A stretch of DNA of 64,000 bases, from positions 11,634 through 75,633 of the IMG/VR virus record IMGVR_UViG_2895476258_000013. One strand, written 5' to 3'. This DNA is from a virus (lineage: Duplodnaviria > Caudoviricetes). Under the pieces are notes generated by a model. The model saw only the letters and a program-made list of their open reading frames with translations, had not been told where the DNA came from and searched no databases. Position 1 is the first letter of the stretch. Every line of letters begins with the position of its first letter. Positions 1 through 8,790 of the stretch are shown here, piece by piece. Position numbers and translations under genes: made by a program.

Positions 1-374
1 ACCGGCTGCATTGGGCCGCCGAAGCGCGGATCACGAAGGACCTGCGGACGCTCGGCCACGTGCTCGCCCTGAAGGCGAAGATCCCGCACCTGGAACGCGC
101 CCACATCGTGTGCGTCTACCAGCCGCCCGACCGGCGGGCGCGAGACTCCGCGAACCTGCACCCCACGGTGAAAGCGCTGGTCGACGGCATGGTGTCGGAC
201 GCCAAAATCCTGCCCGACGATTCCAGCCGCTACCTGTCGGGGCCGCTAGTGGAGATCGGCGAGGTGTACCCGAAGGGCCGCATGGTCCTTCACATCGCCG
301 AGGTTCTCCCGCCTGAGCCGGACGGCCTGTTTCCCGCCCCTGACCAGACCCACGAGAGAGGGCCGCTGCTGTGA
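1..374 (+). CDS. rusA: RusA-like Holliday junction resolvase (5' truncated by window)
   Basis: RDSANLHPTVKALVDG...PDDS acidic motif pattern of RusA family; frame open back to window start. Confidence 0.7.
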   Translation, partial: RLHWAAEARITKDLRTLGHVLALKAKIPHLERAHIVCVYQPPDRRARDSANLHPTVKALVDGMVSDAKILPDDSSRYLSGPLVEIGEVYPKGRMVLHIAEVLPPEPDGLFPAPDQTHERGPLL

Positions 375-595
375 AGCTCCGATTGAGCTCTACCGAGTGG
401 ACGGAGATCCGCCTCATCGGCTCCCAGAGGGCCGTTGAGGGCGCGGTGCGGATCCTCGCCGAGTGCGGTGCTGAGATCCGCTCCGACACGGGCACCAAGC
501 CCGCTCAGAAGGGCAAGGACGGCAAGGTCCGCCGGTATCTCGTGGCTCGCCTCGCCGCGGCTCTTCCCGTACAGGAGGAGACCCGCGATGCCTGA
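371..595 (+). CDS. Hypothetical phage protein
   Basis: 74-aa ORF with GTGA overlap upstream, coupled to next gene. Confidence 0.7.
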   Translation: MKLRLSSTEWTEIRLIGSQRAVEGAVRILAECGAEIRSDTGTKPAQKGKDGKVRRYLVARLAAALPVQEETRDA

Positions 596-1364
596 ACCGT
601 ATTTCAAGAGCGACGGCGTTGAGCTGTACCTCGGCGACTGCCGCGAGGTGCTGCCCGCGCTCGGCGTCAAGGCCGATCTAGTGCTGGCGGATCCTCCGTA
701 CGAGGAAACCTCGTTGAAGTGGGATCGCTGGCCGGACGGCTGGCTCGAGGTAGCCGCGAGCGTCAGCAAGAGCCTCTGGTGCTTCGGTTCCATCCGCATG
801 TTCCTCGAGCACCATGGCGAGTTCGACGCCGCGTGCTGGCGACTGGCACAAGACATCGTGTGGGAGAAGCACAACGGAAGCGGCTTCCAAACGGACCGGT
901 TCAAACGCGTCCATGAACACGCGCTCCACTGGTATCGGGGCGAGTGGCGCGACCAGCACCTGGACGTTCCCCGCATCGCCTCAGCCGACCCTAGCGACCT
1001 GCGCACCCGCAAGCCGCGTGTCAGCAACGCCCCACACATGGGGGCGATCACCTCCACCGAGCACACCCGCCGGGACGGCACCCGGTTGATGCGGTCGGTC
1101 ATTCAGGTGAAGTCGATGAAGGGAAAGGCCCTGCACCCCACCGAGAAGCCGCTGGGGATCTTGGAGCCGCTACTCCGGTATTCCTGCCCGCTTGGCGGTC
1201 TCGTTGTCGATCCGTTCGCCGGGTCCGCCTCCACGTTGGTCGCTGCTCGCCTGTCGGGCCGTCGCGCGATCGGCGTGGAGGGCTGGGAGCCCTACGCCGA
1301 GAAGGCCGCTCTCCGCCTGTCTCAAGCCCCTTTGGACCTGTTCTCGGAGGTCTCCGATGCCTAA
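588..1364 (+). CDS. DNA adenine-N6/cytosine-N4 methyltransferase (beta class)
   Basis: DPPY motif IV, HPTEKP, DPFAGSAST motif I; RBS AGGAGG before ATG 588. Confidence 0.92.
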   Translation: MPEPYFKSDGVELYLGDCREVLPALGVKADLVLADPPYEETSLKWDRWPDGWLEVAASVSKSLWCFGSIRMFLEHHGEFDAACWRLAQDIVWEKHNGSGFQTDRFKRVHEHALHWYRGEWRDQHLDVPRIASADPSDLRTRKPRVSNAPHMGAITSTEHTRRDGTRLMRSVIQVKSMKGKALHPTEKPLGILEPLLRYSCPLGGLVVDPFAGSASTLVAARLSGRRAIGVEGWEPYAEKAALRLSQAPLDLFSEVSDA

Positions 1365-1402
1365 CCCGACGATCTTGGTTCCCTCCCGGAGAGGAGCAGA
1401 CC

Positions 1403-1882
1403 ATGGCGAGTAGCCGTATGAAGCTTGCCCGCCCACGCCCGAGCTGGGCGTGGCAGGACGACAGCGCGTGCAGGGGCGAGGACCTTGTCCTGTTCTTCGG
1501 CCCCGACGGCGAACGCCAGCCTGAACGTGACGTGCGAGAGCGCAAGGCCAAGGCGGTCTGCTCCCAGTGCCCGGTCCGCGCTGCTTGCTTGGACTACGCG
1601 CTGTCCCGCAACGAGAAGACAGGTCTTTGGGGAGGACTCTCTGAGGACGAGCGGGCATCTGAGCGGCGCCGGCGGATGCGCCGCGGCGCCTCGCTGGCGG
1701 AGGTTTCCGTCCTTCCCGGGTTCAAGCGGTGCCGCGCCTGCCGTGAGACCAAGTCCGTGAAGGAGTTCAGCCGCAACGCCAAGCACTTCGACGGGCTGAG
1801 CATGCGGTGCCGTGCGTGCATCCAGAAGTCACGCAAGCCGACGTGGGCGCGATCGGATGAGCAAGAGCTGGAGGCGTCATGA
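1403..1882 (+). CDS. whiB: WhiB-family (WhiB3/WhiD-like) Fe-S regulator with C-terminal CxxC..CxxC zinc finger
   Basis: WQDDSAC...C-x2-C-x5-C and GLWGG turn; extra CRAC...CRAC domain. Confidence 0.9.
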   Translation: MASSRMKLARPRPSWAWQDDSACRGEDLVLFFGPDGERQPERDVRERKAKAVCSQCPVRAACLDYALSRNEKTGLWGGLSEDERASERRRRMRRGASLAEVSVLPGFKRCRACRETKSVKEFSRNAKHFDGLSMRCRACIQKSRKPTWARSDEQELEAS

Positions 1883-1985
1883 GGACGTCACCTCGCAAAA
1901 GCCGCAATGGATCTGCCGCCAAACCTGATGAACAGAGCGGTAGGACCGTTTGGTCCTGCTTTCGCCTGCTCACTCAGGAGTCCCC

Positions 1986-3137
1986 ATGGCCGTAAGCAAG
2001 CGCCTCCGTGCCGAGATCTTCCGCCGCGACAACCACACTTGTCAGAGTTGCGGGGCTACGGCCCCAGACGTGAAGCTCGAGCCCGACCACGTCATTCCCG
2101 TGACGCTAGGCGGCTCCGACGACCCGTCCAACCTGCAGACCCTCTGCGAGAGCTGCAACGCGGGCAAGTCGGCCACGCCGCCCGACGCGGCTGTTGTGGC
2201 ACAGGTCTCCGAGCAGGCACTTCGATGGGTGGCGGCTCAATCGCAGGCCGCCAAGACGATGCTCGCAGACCTGCAGACTGTCAAAGCGAGGCGCAAGCGG
2301 TTCCGCGAGGAGTGGAACCTGTGGACCTGTGGCGACGAACACCGGCAATTCGACCTTCCGCCTGCGTGGGAGGACAGCGTAGACCGCCTGTTCGCGGCTG
2401 GTGTGCCTGAGGAAATTCTCTATGAGTGCATGGCCGCCGCCATGCGCAGCGACATGGTCAAGGCGGAAAACAAGTTCCGCTACATGGCGGGCGCCGCCTG
2501 GAAACGGGTCGAGGCTCTTCAAGAGCACACGTACGGACTGCTGGGGACTTCCGCGCCACAAGGGGGCCAGGATGCCCCGGACCAGAGCTGTGATGTCCGG
2601 TGGGCGCTCACGTACCTCTTGAAGGCCGAGCCGGACAACACGTACGAGCACTACAGGGTCATCGCGACGGAATATCTCGACGTCATGCATCAGGAGTATT
2701 CCGAGGACCACGTGTTGGTTCACATGGCGCTCTTCCTCGTTCAGACGCGCGAGGCCGAGGCGTATCTGGCATCGCTTGATTCAGAGGAAGCCGCGGAGTG
2801 GACACGGGTCGCCAGGGCTGCGTACAGCCGCACCTGTCCGCCAGAAAAGAAGATCGTGCTTGCGGCCGGCGGGTGGGCTAAGGCGTGGAAAGAGCATCGG
2901 GTTGTCCAGCCCGGTATGTGCAGCTCGGCGGGTGACCACGGCGCGTCCTGTCCACGGCGCCGAAGCTTCGAGGTGACCTACGAGAACTGTCCTGGCTGTA
3001 CGGAGAAGGGCCACGCCTGTGCGGGCGGTCATCCCCTCTGTGAAGAGCACATGGAACTGCTTCTCGCGGGCGATCTTCGCAGCCTGCGGAACGGTGAACT
3101 CCTTGTGGCCAGCGACTTCTCCCCAATGGAGGGCTAA
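1986..3137 (+). CDS. HNH endonuclease domain protein with long C-terminal extension
   Basis: RDNHTCQSCG...DHVIP...GGSDDPSNLQTLCESCNAGK. Confidence 0.85.
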   Translation: MAVSKRLRAEIFRRDNHTCQSCGATAPDVKLEPDHVIPVTLGGSDDPSNLQTLCESCNAGKSATPPDAAVVAQVSEQALRWVAAQSQAAKTMLADLQTVKARRKRFREEWNLWTCGDEHRQFDLPPAWEDSVDRLFAAGVPEEILYECMAAAMRSDMVKAENKFRYMAGAAWKRVEALQEHTYGLLGTSAPQGGQDAPDQSCDVRWALTYLLKAEPDNTYEHYRVIATEYLDVMHQEYSEDHVLVHMALFLVQTREAEAYLASLDSEEAAEWTRVARAAYSRTCPPEKKIVLAAGGWAKAWKEHRVVQPGMCSSAGDHGASCPRRRSFEVTYENCPGCTEKGHACAGGHPLCEEHMELLLAGDLRSLRNGELLVASDFSPMEG

Positions 3138-3203
3138 TGGCTCAAAGACCTACGCGCTTCTCCTCGTCCTTCTAATCCCCGCTCCAAGGAAAGGCACGCT
3201 CTC

Positions 3204-4121
3204 GTGGCACGAATCCGCAGCATCAAGCCGGAGTTCTGGTCGGACCGGTCGATGGCCCGTGTCTCCCGTGATGCTCGGCTGCTCTATATCGCGCTGTGGA
3301 ACCAGGCCGACGAGCACGGCCGGCTTCATGGCGATGCTCGCTGGATAAAAGGGCATTGCCTGCCGTACGAGGATGACCTCGATTTGGCGGATATCGACCG
3401 CCTGCTTGATGAGTTGGCCAAGGCGGGCAAGGTCCAGCGGTACATCACGGAGGAGGACCCTTACGTCTTCCTGCCGAACTTGAGCAAGCATCAGCGTCTC
3501 GAAGCTGGCAAGGTGCCAAGCCGTCTCCCGGACCCGCCCGAGCCGGACGACGATCCGTCTGCGCGCGGCGCGGACAAGTCTGCGCGAGACTCGGATATCC
3601 ACAACGGTGGAGAACTCGATTCTGATGCATCGAAGCACGTCAGACCTAGTGCGCAGATCGGCGCGGACAAGTCTGCGCGAGACTCGGACGAATCGGAGCC
3701 GATTGTCGCTCTGCATGTAGCAGGTAGCAGGTTGCATGCAGCAGGCAGCAGCGACGCGCGTGCCCGCGCACGCGAAGAGCCGCCGCCGCTGCCGCATGAA
3801 CTTTCAGAACCCGTCCGCCGCCTTCGGCGTCAACTCGAAGACGCCCGGCTCCTCGTCCGCTGGGACAAGCTCGACAGCGATCAGGTTGCTGAGATCACCG
3901 TCCTCGTGGAAATCCACGGCATGGAGCGCCTGGTCAAGGCGGCTCTGGCGGCGTACCAGCCCAACCGGCCGCCCGCATTCGCTCAGGCATGGCTCGCTAC
4001 GTGGCGGGCCTTGCCATCTCCGACCGAGCGCCTCCGTGTGGTCGCGGATACCTGCTCGGCTCATTTCCTTCCGACGCCGTGCCGTGGCTGCGCGGCGGAT
4101 GTTCTGGCAGGTGAAGCGTGA
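3204..4121 (+). CDS. Phage replication initiator / replisome organiser-like protein
   Basis: MARIRSIKPEFWSD...ARLLYIALWNQADEHGR N-terminus typical of phage replication proteins; internal DNA repeat. Confidence 0.75.
   Translation: MARIRSIKPEFWSDRSMARVSRDARLLYIALWNQADEHGRLHGDARWIKGHCLPYEDDLDLADIDRLLDELAKAGKVQRYITEEDPYVFLPNLSKHQRLEAGKVPSRLPDPPEPDDDPSARGADKSARDSDIHNGGELDSDASKHVRPSAQIGADKSARDSDESEPIVALHVAGSRLHAAGSSDARARAREEPPPLPHELSEPVRRLRRQLEDARLLVRWDKLDSDQVAEITVLVEIHGMERLVKAALAAYQPNRPPAFAQAWLATWRALPSPTERLRVVADTCSAHFLPTPCRGCAADVLAGEA
3566..3688 (+). repeat. 30-bp perfect direct repeat within replication gene (candidate iterons/origin)
   Basis: CGGCGCGGACAAGTCTGCGCGAGACTCGGA at 3566-3595 and 3659-3688. 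Confidence 0.85.
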
Positions 4122-4426
4122 CCAGCACCGATTTGGACCAGGCCACCCGCGAGGCGGTGGCCGCCCTCGTACACCGGATCCGGGAGCGCGACTTCGCCTC
4201 GGAGGAGGACAAGCCCGACGCGGAGCCGTTCGCGCTGGAGTTCGTGATGGCGATGAGGTTCCGCGGCTGGCGCCCGACGCCGGCGCAGGCCGCGGTGTCG
4301 TGGCCTCCGCCCGTGGGCCGCGGCGCCGACCCGGCCAAGCACGCCGACGCGCTGGCCGAAGCCCGTATCGACTGCGCCAACGCCGCGGCCAAGTTGCGGT
4401 CCGACGAGAGCGAGAGGACTCCATGA
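4118..4426 (+). CDS. Hypothetical phage protein
   Basis: GTGA overlap with rep gene, GC-rich codon usage. Confidence 0.7.
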   Translation: MTSTDLDQATREAVAALVHRIRERDFASEEDKPDAEPFALEFVMAMRFRGWRPTPAQAAVSWPPPVGRGADPAKHADALAEARIDCANAAAKLRSDESERTP

Positions 4427-4725
4427 GCGCCGACCTAGACGAGCTCGTCGACCAGATGCTTGGCCCGGCCACCCGGCTGGTGTGCGCGGTTCAGGACTTC
4501 GACCCCGAGGAGTCCCACGCGATCCTCGAACCGCTCGACGCGGTCGAGCTTCGCAGCTTGGCTGTGGCTTTGGCCGCGCTGGTTCCGGACGACATGGCCC
4601 TTGAGGTGCTGCTCGCCTGGTCCCGCAACGAGGGGCCGATATCGCCGCGAAAGGCGCGCGTGAACCGCCGGCGGCTTGAGTCCGAGGTTGCCGAGCACGA
4701 GCAGCGCAAGCGGAGCGCCGCTTGA
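4423..4725 (+). CDS. Hypothetical phage protein
   Basis: ATGA overlap, RBS GAGAGG; MSADLDELVDQ... Confidence 0.7.
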   Translation: MSADLDELVDQMLGPATRLVCAVQDFDPEESHAILEPLDAVELRSLAVALAALVPDDMALEVLLAWSRNEGPISPRKARVNRRRLESEVAEHEQRKRSAA

Positions 4726-4897
4726 CCCGGCTCTCCGACCCGATCGGGGAGGAGCCGGCGCTCCTCCCAGGACCCGACACGAGCGGGGAGCGCGGATGAA
4801 TCGGACACATCGTCCACAACCTGTGCAAATAGCTGTGGACGGGGGCGCATGAGTTGTTCACCGGACAGACATGACAACGACCCGAAGGAGAACCGTA

Positions 4898-5401
4898 ATG
4901 GCTGACACCAAGATCGACACCCGCATCCCATGCGGCAACGAGGACCACGAGGAGCGCACGCCTGCCGTCGCTCGGCTGTCGTGGCCGGACGGCCGGTTCC
5001 GCCCGACGACGGCCTGCCGGGAGGACCTGGAGGACACGTTCTTGGAGGCAATCGATGAGCGGCTGACGCTGCTGATCGAGCCGATCAAGCCCGAAGGCGA
5101 GCGCAAGGGCTCGAAGGACTACACCGAGGCGATCCGCGAAGTGGAGAGGGCTTACCGCAACTCCTACTCGGAGCCGGTGCGGGCGATCCTCCTGGAGGCG
5201 CAGGACATGCCGGGCTACGACATGCTGCCCGACACGCTGGAGGAGCGGCAGCAACTCCCGGCCCGCTTCCACGTCCCCAGGTGGGACGGCGTGGGAGAGC
5301 CGAACCTGTGGCTGTGTGCGGTCTGCTGGGACGAGGGCACCGTGACGCAGTGGCCGTGCAAGGCCGCTTCGGAGCACGGGGGCGAGGTGTTCGCCCGATG
5401 A
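4898..5401 (+). CDS. Hypothetical phage protein
   Basis: RBS GAAGGAG before ATG 4898; C-terminal CAVC...WPC motif. Confidence 0.7.
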   Translation: MADTKIDTRIPCGNEDHEERTPAVARLSWPDGRFRPTTACREDLEDTFLEAIDERLTLLIEPIKPEGERKGSKDYTEAIREVERAYRNSYSEPVRAILLEAQDMPGYDMLPDTLEERQQLPARFHVPRWDGVGEPNLWLCAVCWDEGTVTQWPCKAASEHGGEVFAR

Positions 5402-6867
5402 GCGACAAGACGGGCATCTCCTGGAGCGATGCCACGTGGAACCCGATCATCGGCTGCACGAAGGTCAGCCCCGGCTGCGATCACTGCTACCCGATCCCGC
5501 TGTCCCGCATCCGGGAGAAGAACCCCAACCCGAAGGTGGCCGCCGCGTTCGCTGGGGTCGTCGAGCAGACCGAGAGCGGGCTGGACTGGACTGGTCGCGT
5601 CAACCTTCTGCCGGAGCGTCTGGACCAGCCGTTGCGGTGGCGCAAGCCGCGCCGCGTCTTCGTCAACAGCCTCGCCGATCTCTTCCATGAGGCCGTGCCA
5701 GACCAGTTCATCGCCAAGGTGTTCGCGGTCATGGCGCTGGCTCCGCAGCATTCCTTCCAGGTCCTCAGCAAGCGGCATGCCCGGATGCGCAGCCTCCTGG
5801 CCAACCCCGAGTTCCCTCACGCGGTGGCGCGGGCAATGGACGCCGTGCAGGTCGATCTGGAGCACGACCCTGCGGAGTTGTGGAAACCCATCCCGGGCTT
5901 AGAGGGGTACGAGGCGTCCTCTCACGGGCGCGTGCGGGGCGAGACCGGTTTATTGGCAACCTGCATAAATCCACGGTCCGGACGGGAGACAGTGACGCTG
6001 TGGAACCGAGGAGAGCCGAAGACCCTTACGGTTCACCGCCTGGTTCTCACGGCTCACTCTGCTGATGACCAGCCAGGCGCAGAAGTGTGTCACCGCAACG
6101 GAGACAAGCGAGACAACAGACTCGCCAACCTCCGGTGGGGAACCCGGTCGGAGAACCAGCGGGAGAAGGTCCGACACGGATCACGAGGAGGTCCCCAGAA
6201 ACTCACGCCCGCAGAGGTCGAGGAGATCCGGGCGGCACGTCGAACCGGGCTCACTCAGCAGGCGCTAGCAGACCGGTTCGGCATTTCCAGGTCCCTCGTG
6301 AGCCTGATCGAGAGCGGCCGGGTTTGGAGCGGCCCCGACATCCCATGGCCGCTCCCGAACGTCTGGATCGGCGTATCTTGCGAGAACCAGCAGTGGGCGG
6401 ACATCCGAATCCCGGCACTCTTGGAGACGCCCGCTGCCGTCCGGTGGATCTCCGCTGAGCCTCTACTTGGACCTATCATCCTGCGCGATGACTGGCTCGG
6501 CGCTGACCCGTACCGGCGTGACGAGCCGTCGCTCAACTGGGTCGTGGCCGGGGGTGAGTCCGGACCTGGAGCGCGGCCGATGCACCCGAAATGGGTCAAG
6601 GACCTGCGCGACCAATGCCAGCAGGCAGGCGTCGCCTATCACTTCAAACAGTGGGGCGAGTGGCGTCCACAGCCCCGCTACTCGACCGACGACCGCCATC
6701 ACCTGGTGATGCTGAACGGCATGGACCGGGGCACGCCGTGGCCCGGGTGGGGACTCGACCAGCCCGAGGCAGAGGTGATGGAGCGCGTCGGTAAGAAGCG
6801 CGCCGGCCGCGAGCTGGATGGGCGGACTTGGGACGAGTTCCCGCAGGAGGTGGCCGTCCATGGCTGA
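5398..6867 (+). CDS. DUF5131 (Gp37/Gp68) radical-SAM-like phage protein with in-frame NUMOD4-HNH-HTH insertion
   Basis: WNPIIGCTKVSPGCDHCY, VFVNSLADLFHE, NVWIGVSCENQ, WISAEPLLGP, WVVAGGESGPGARPMHP; insert WKPIPG...HRLV...CHRNGDKRDNRLANLRWGT. Confidence 0.88.
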   Translation: MSDKTGISWSDATWNPIIGCTKVSPGCDHCYPIPLSRIREKNPNPKVAAAFAGVVEQTESGLDWTGRVNLLPERLDQPLRWRKPRRVFVNSLADLFHEAVPDQFIAKVFAVMALAPQHSFQVLSKRHARMRSLLANPEFPHAVARAMDAVQVDLEHDPAELWKPIPGLEGYEASSHGRVRGETGLLATCINPRSGRETVTLWNRGEPKTLTVHRLVLTAHSADDQPGAEVCHRNGDKRDNRLANLRWGTRSENQREKVRHGSRGGPQKLTPAEVEEIRAARRTGLTQQALADRFGISRSLVSLIESGRVWSGPDIPWPLPNVWIGVSCENQQWADIRIPALLETPAAVRWISAEPLLGPIILRDDWLGADPYRRDEPSLNWVVAGGESGPGARPMHPKWVKDLRDQCQQAGVAYHFKQWGEWRPQPRYSTDDRHHLVMLNGMDRGTPWPGWGLDQPEAEVMERVGKKRAGRELDGRTWDEFPQEVAVHG

Positions 6868-7156
6868 CACCAAGACAGAGAAGACCGTCGCCTCCGAGCT
6901 CCTCACCGCCGCCACTCGGCTCCGCTGCACCACCCACTCTTTCCCGCGCAACGCGATCAGCGAGAGTCCCTGCGAGCGCTGCGGCATCTCGGCCCACAAC
7001 GCGTGGATCACCGTCGTCAATCCAGCCCTGGCTGAGCCTCTCGCCTCCTGGCTGGAGTCCTGGGACGGGGTCGAACTCCGCGAGGACGGCCCGCTACCGG
7101 CTGATTTCGAGTTCGCCCTGAGGATCGCCCGGGTCTTGAACGGGACCACCTCGTGA
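6860..7156 (+). CDS. Hypothetical phage protein
   Basis: RBS AGGAGG; CxxC motif; coupled to neighbours. Confidence 0.65.
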   Translation: MADTKTEKTVASELLTAATRLRCTTHSFPRNAISESPCERCGISAHNAWITVVNPALAEPLASWLESWDGVELREDGPLPADFEFALRIARVLNGTTS

Positions 7157-7569
7157 GCGGCCCGTGGCGTAAGTCGACCTTCTGCAACGGCGCTGACGCC
7201 TGCGTCCTGGTGGCGCACGTCGATGGCCTGGTGATGGTGCGGGACTCCAAAGAGCAGGACGGCCCGGTGCTCAAGGTGACGGCCGAGGACTGGCAGGCGT
7301 TCGTTGAGGCGATCGCGTTCCGTTCGCGCGGCGACGTCGGCCCGCTCCGGCTCTCTCGCGAAGGCGACAACGTGTGGGCGATGACCTACCAGGACTCGCC
7401 TGGGGCGCTGCTGTTCGGGGACTCGGAGGTCGCGGCGTTCGTCGCTGGCGTCAAGGACGGCGAGTTCGACTTGGCCGCGCTCGCATCCGGGTCGCTCGGT
7501 TCGGACGGGGATGACCGCAGCGGGCCCCACAATGCGCCTACGGCTGGCGTTGGGGTCAAGAACGGGTAA
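7153..7569 (+). CDS. DUF397 domain protein (one full plus one degenerate unit)
   Basis: WRKSTFCNGADACVLVA...VRDSK...W-AFV; second unit ends AAFVAGVKDGEFD. Confidence 0.85.
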   Translation: MSGPWRKSTFCNGADACVLVAHVDGLVMVRDSKEQDGPVLKVTAEDWQAFVEAIAFRSRGDVGPLRLSREGDNVWAMTYQDSPGALLFGDSEVAAFVAGVKDGEFDLAALASGSLGSDGDDRSGPHNAPTAGVGVKNG

Positions 7570-7693
7570 TGCCTAGGGCGGCCCGCCGGTCGGGTCTCAG
7601 GGGCCTCTACAGCCTCGCGGGTCGCTCACCAGTCCGAGAAAGATCACAGATCAAGCTCGTCAAGATCGATATTCGACTTAGAAAGGGAACGCC

Positions 7694-8059
7694 ATGGGCG
7701 TCAGCATGTACCCCGGTAGGGCCTCGTGGAGCTACTCCGGGTTCGGTTCCTTCAGGGATCGGCTCGCGCAAGCCGAGGGCTTCGACCTGCGTGAGATGGC
7801 AGGCTTCGCGCCGTTCGATGCACCCGAGGACTGGACGGGCAAGCCCTGGGACACCGTGCACACCACGCTGGAGCCGCTACTCAACCACTCCGACTGTGAC
7901 GGCTACCTCGACGCCTACGAGTGCGAGCAAGTCATCCCGCGCCTACGCCAGATCATCGCGACCTGGCCGGAGTCCGACTACGACCGGCAGCACGGCGAGG
8001 CCCTGATTAAAGGCATGGAGCACTGCGTAGAGCACGGCTGCTCCATGCGGTTCGCGTAG
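7694..8059 (+). CDS. Hypothetical phage protein
   Basis: RBS AAAGGG, HSDCDG motif, good codon usage. Confidence 0.7.
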   Translation: MGVSMYPGRASWSYSGFGSFRDRLAQAEGFDLREMAGFAPFDAPEDWTGKPWDTVHTTLEPLLNHSDCDGYLDAYECEQVIPRLRQIIATWPESDYDRQHGEALIKGMEHCVEHGCSMRFA

Positions 8060-8077
8060 TGGAGTCCGGGTGAACGG

Positions 8078-8344
8078 CTACTCGCCGGCGGGCTGCTGCA
8101 CCTCCCGGCCGACAGTGGGCGGACGCAGGCGTTCGACACCCTCAGCGCGAGCGATGCGGCGGAACACCTCGTCGGTGAGCCCGGTCAGCTTGGCGAGTTG
8201 GCCGACGCTGGCGCCCTCCTTCAGTGCGTGGGCGGCCAAATCCTTGACCTCGGGCAGCAATGCCTTCTGTGCCTCGTAATGGCGCTTGAAGCGGGCGAAG
8301 GTCTGCGCCTCGCGGTCGTCGGGAGTGTAGTCGCTCTTGCTCAT
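8078..8344 (-). CDS. Small HTH DNA-binding protein, divergent
   Basis: ALKEGASVGQLAKLTGLTDEVFRRI helix-turn-helix pattern. Confidence 0.7.
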   Translation of the reverse strand: MSKSDYTPDDREAQTFARFKRHYEAQKALLPEVKDLAAHALKEGASVGQLAKLTGLTDEVFRRIARAEGVERLRPPTVGREVQQPAGE

Positions 8345-8424
8345 GGCACCCATGGTCGCATACATGGTGGCCACCGTGAAGGCCACCATGTTGGGCTCAC
8401 GGAAGAATCATGAAGAACAACACG

Positions 8425-8461
8425 TTGGCCTATTGACGGCCAACGCATAGGCCAATAGATT
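8425..8461 (+). promoter_or_regulatory. Sigma70/HrdB-type promoter overlapped by inverted-repeat operator
   Basis: TTGACG (8433-8438) N17 TAGATT (8456-8461); IR TTGGCCTAT (8425-8433)/ATAGGCCAA (8447-8455). Confidence 0.7.
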
Positions 8462-8498
8462 GGGTTCATCAGCAAGAGCGAGACACAGGGAGAACGAG

Positions 8499-8678
8499 AT
8501 GACCGCCACCGAGATCGCCACCCTCACCGACGAGGCCCGCGCGCAGCTCCGCAAGACCCAGCAGCGTGTCGGCGCTCCCTGCGCCCACACCAGCTACACG
8601 GCGTGCCGCTGCGCCGACGGGCTGCGCGAGGACATCGCGTACTGGGAGTCGCGTCTCGACGCGTTGGCGGCTTGCTGA
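8499..8678 (+). CDS. Small Cys-containing hypothetical protein
   Basis: RBS GGGAG; first gene after the promoter. Confidence 0.65.
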   Translation: MTATEIATLTDEARAQLRKTQQRVGAPCAHTSYTACRCADGLREDIAYWESRLDALAAC

Positions 8679-8790
8679 CCTTCTCGGCCCCGGGTTACCC
8701 GGGGCCATCACCCAGTCCGACCAGCAGTCACCCGGTGTGCGAGACCCGGGACGGACACAAGATCACAGCCCTTCAACGAAGGAGATACAC

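Noticed and set aside
5872-6345. Intein in the DUF5131 gene
   Set aside because: No Cys/Ser at the insert start and no His-Asn followed by Cys/Ser/Thr at its end; kept only as an unexplained in-frame insertion
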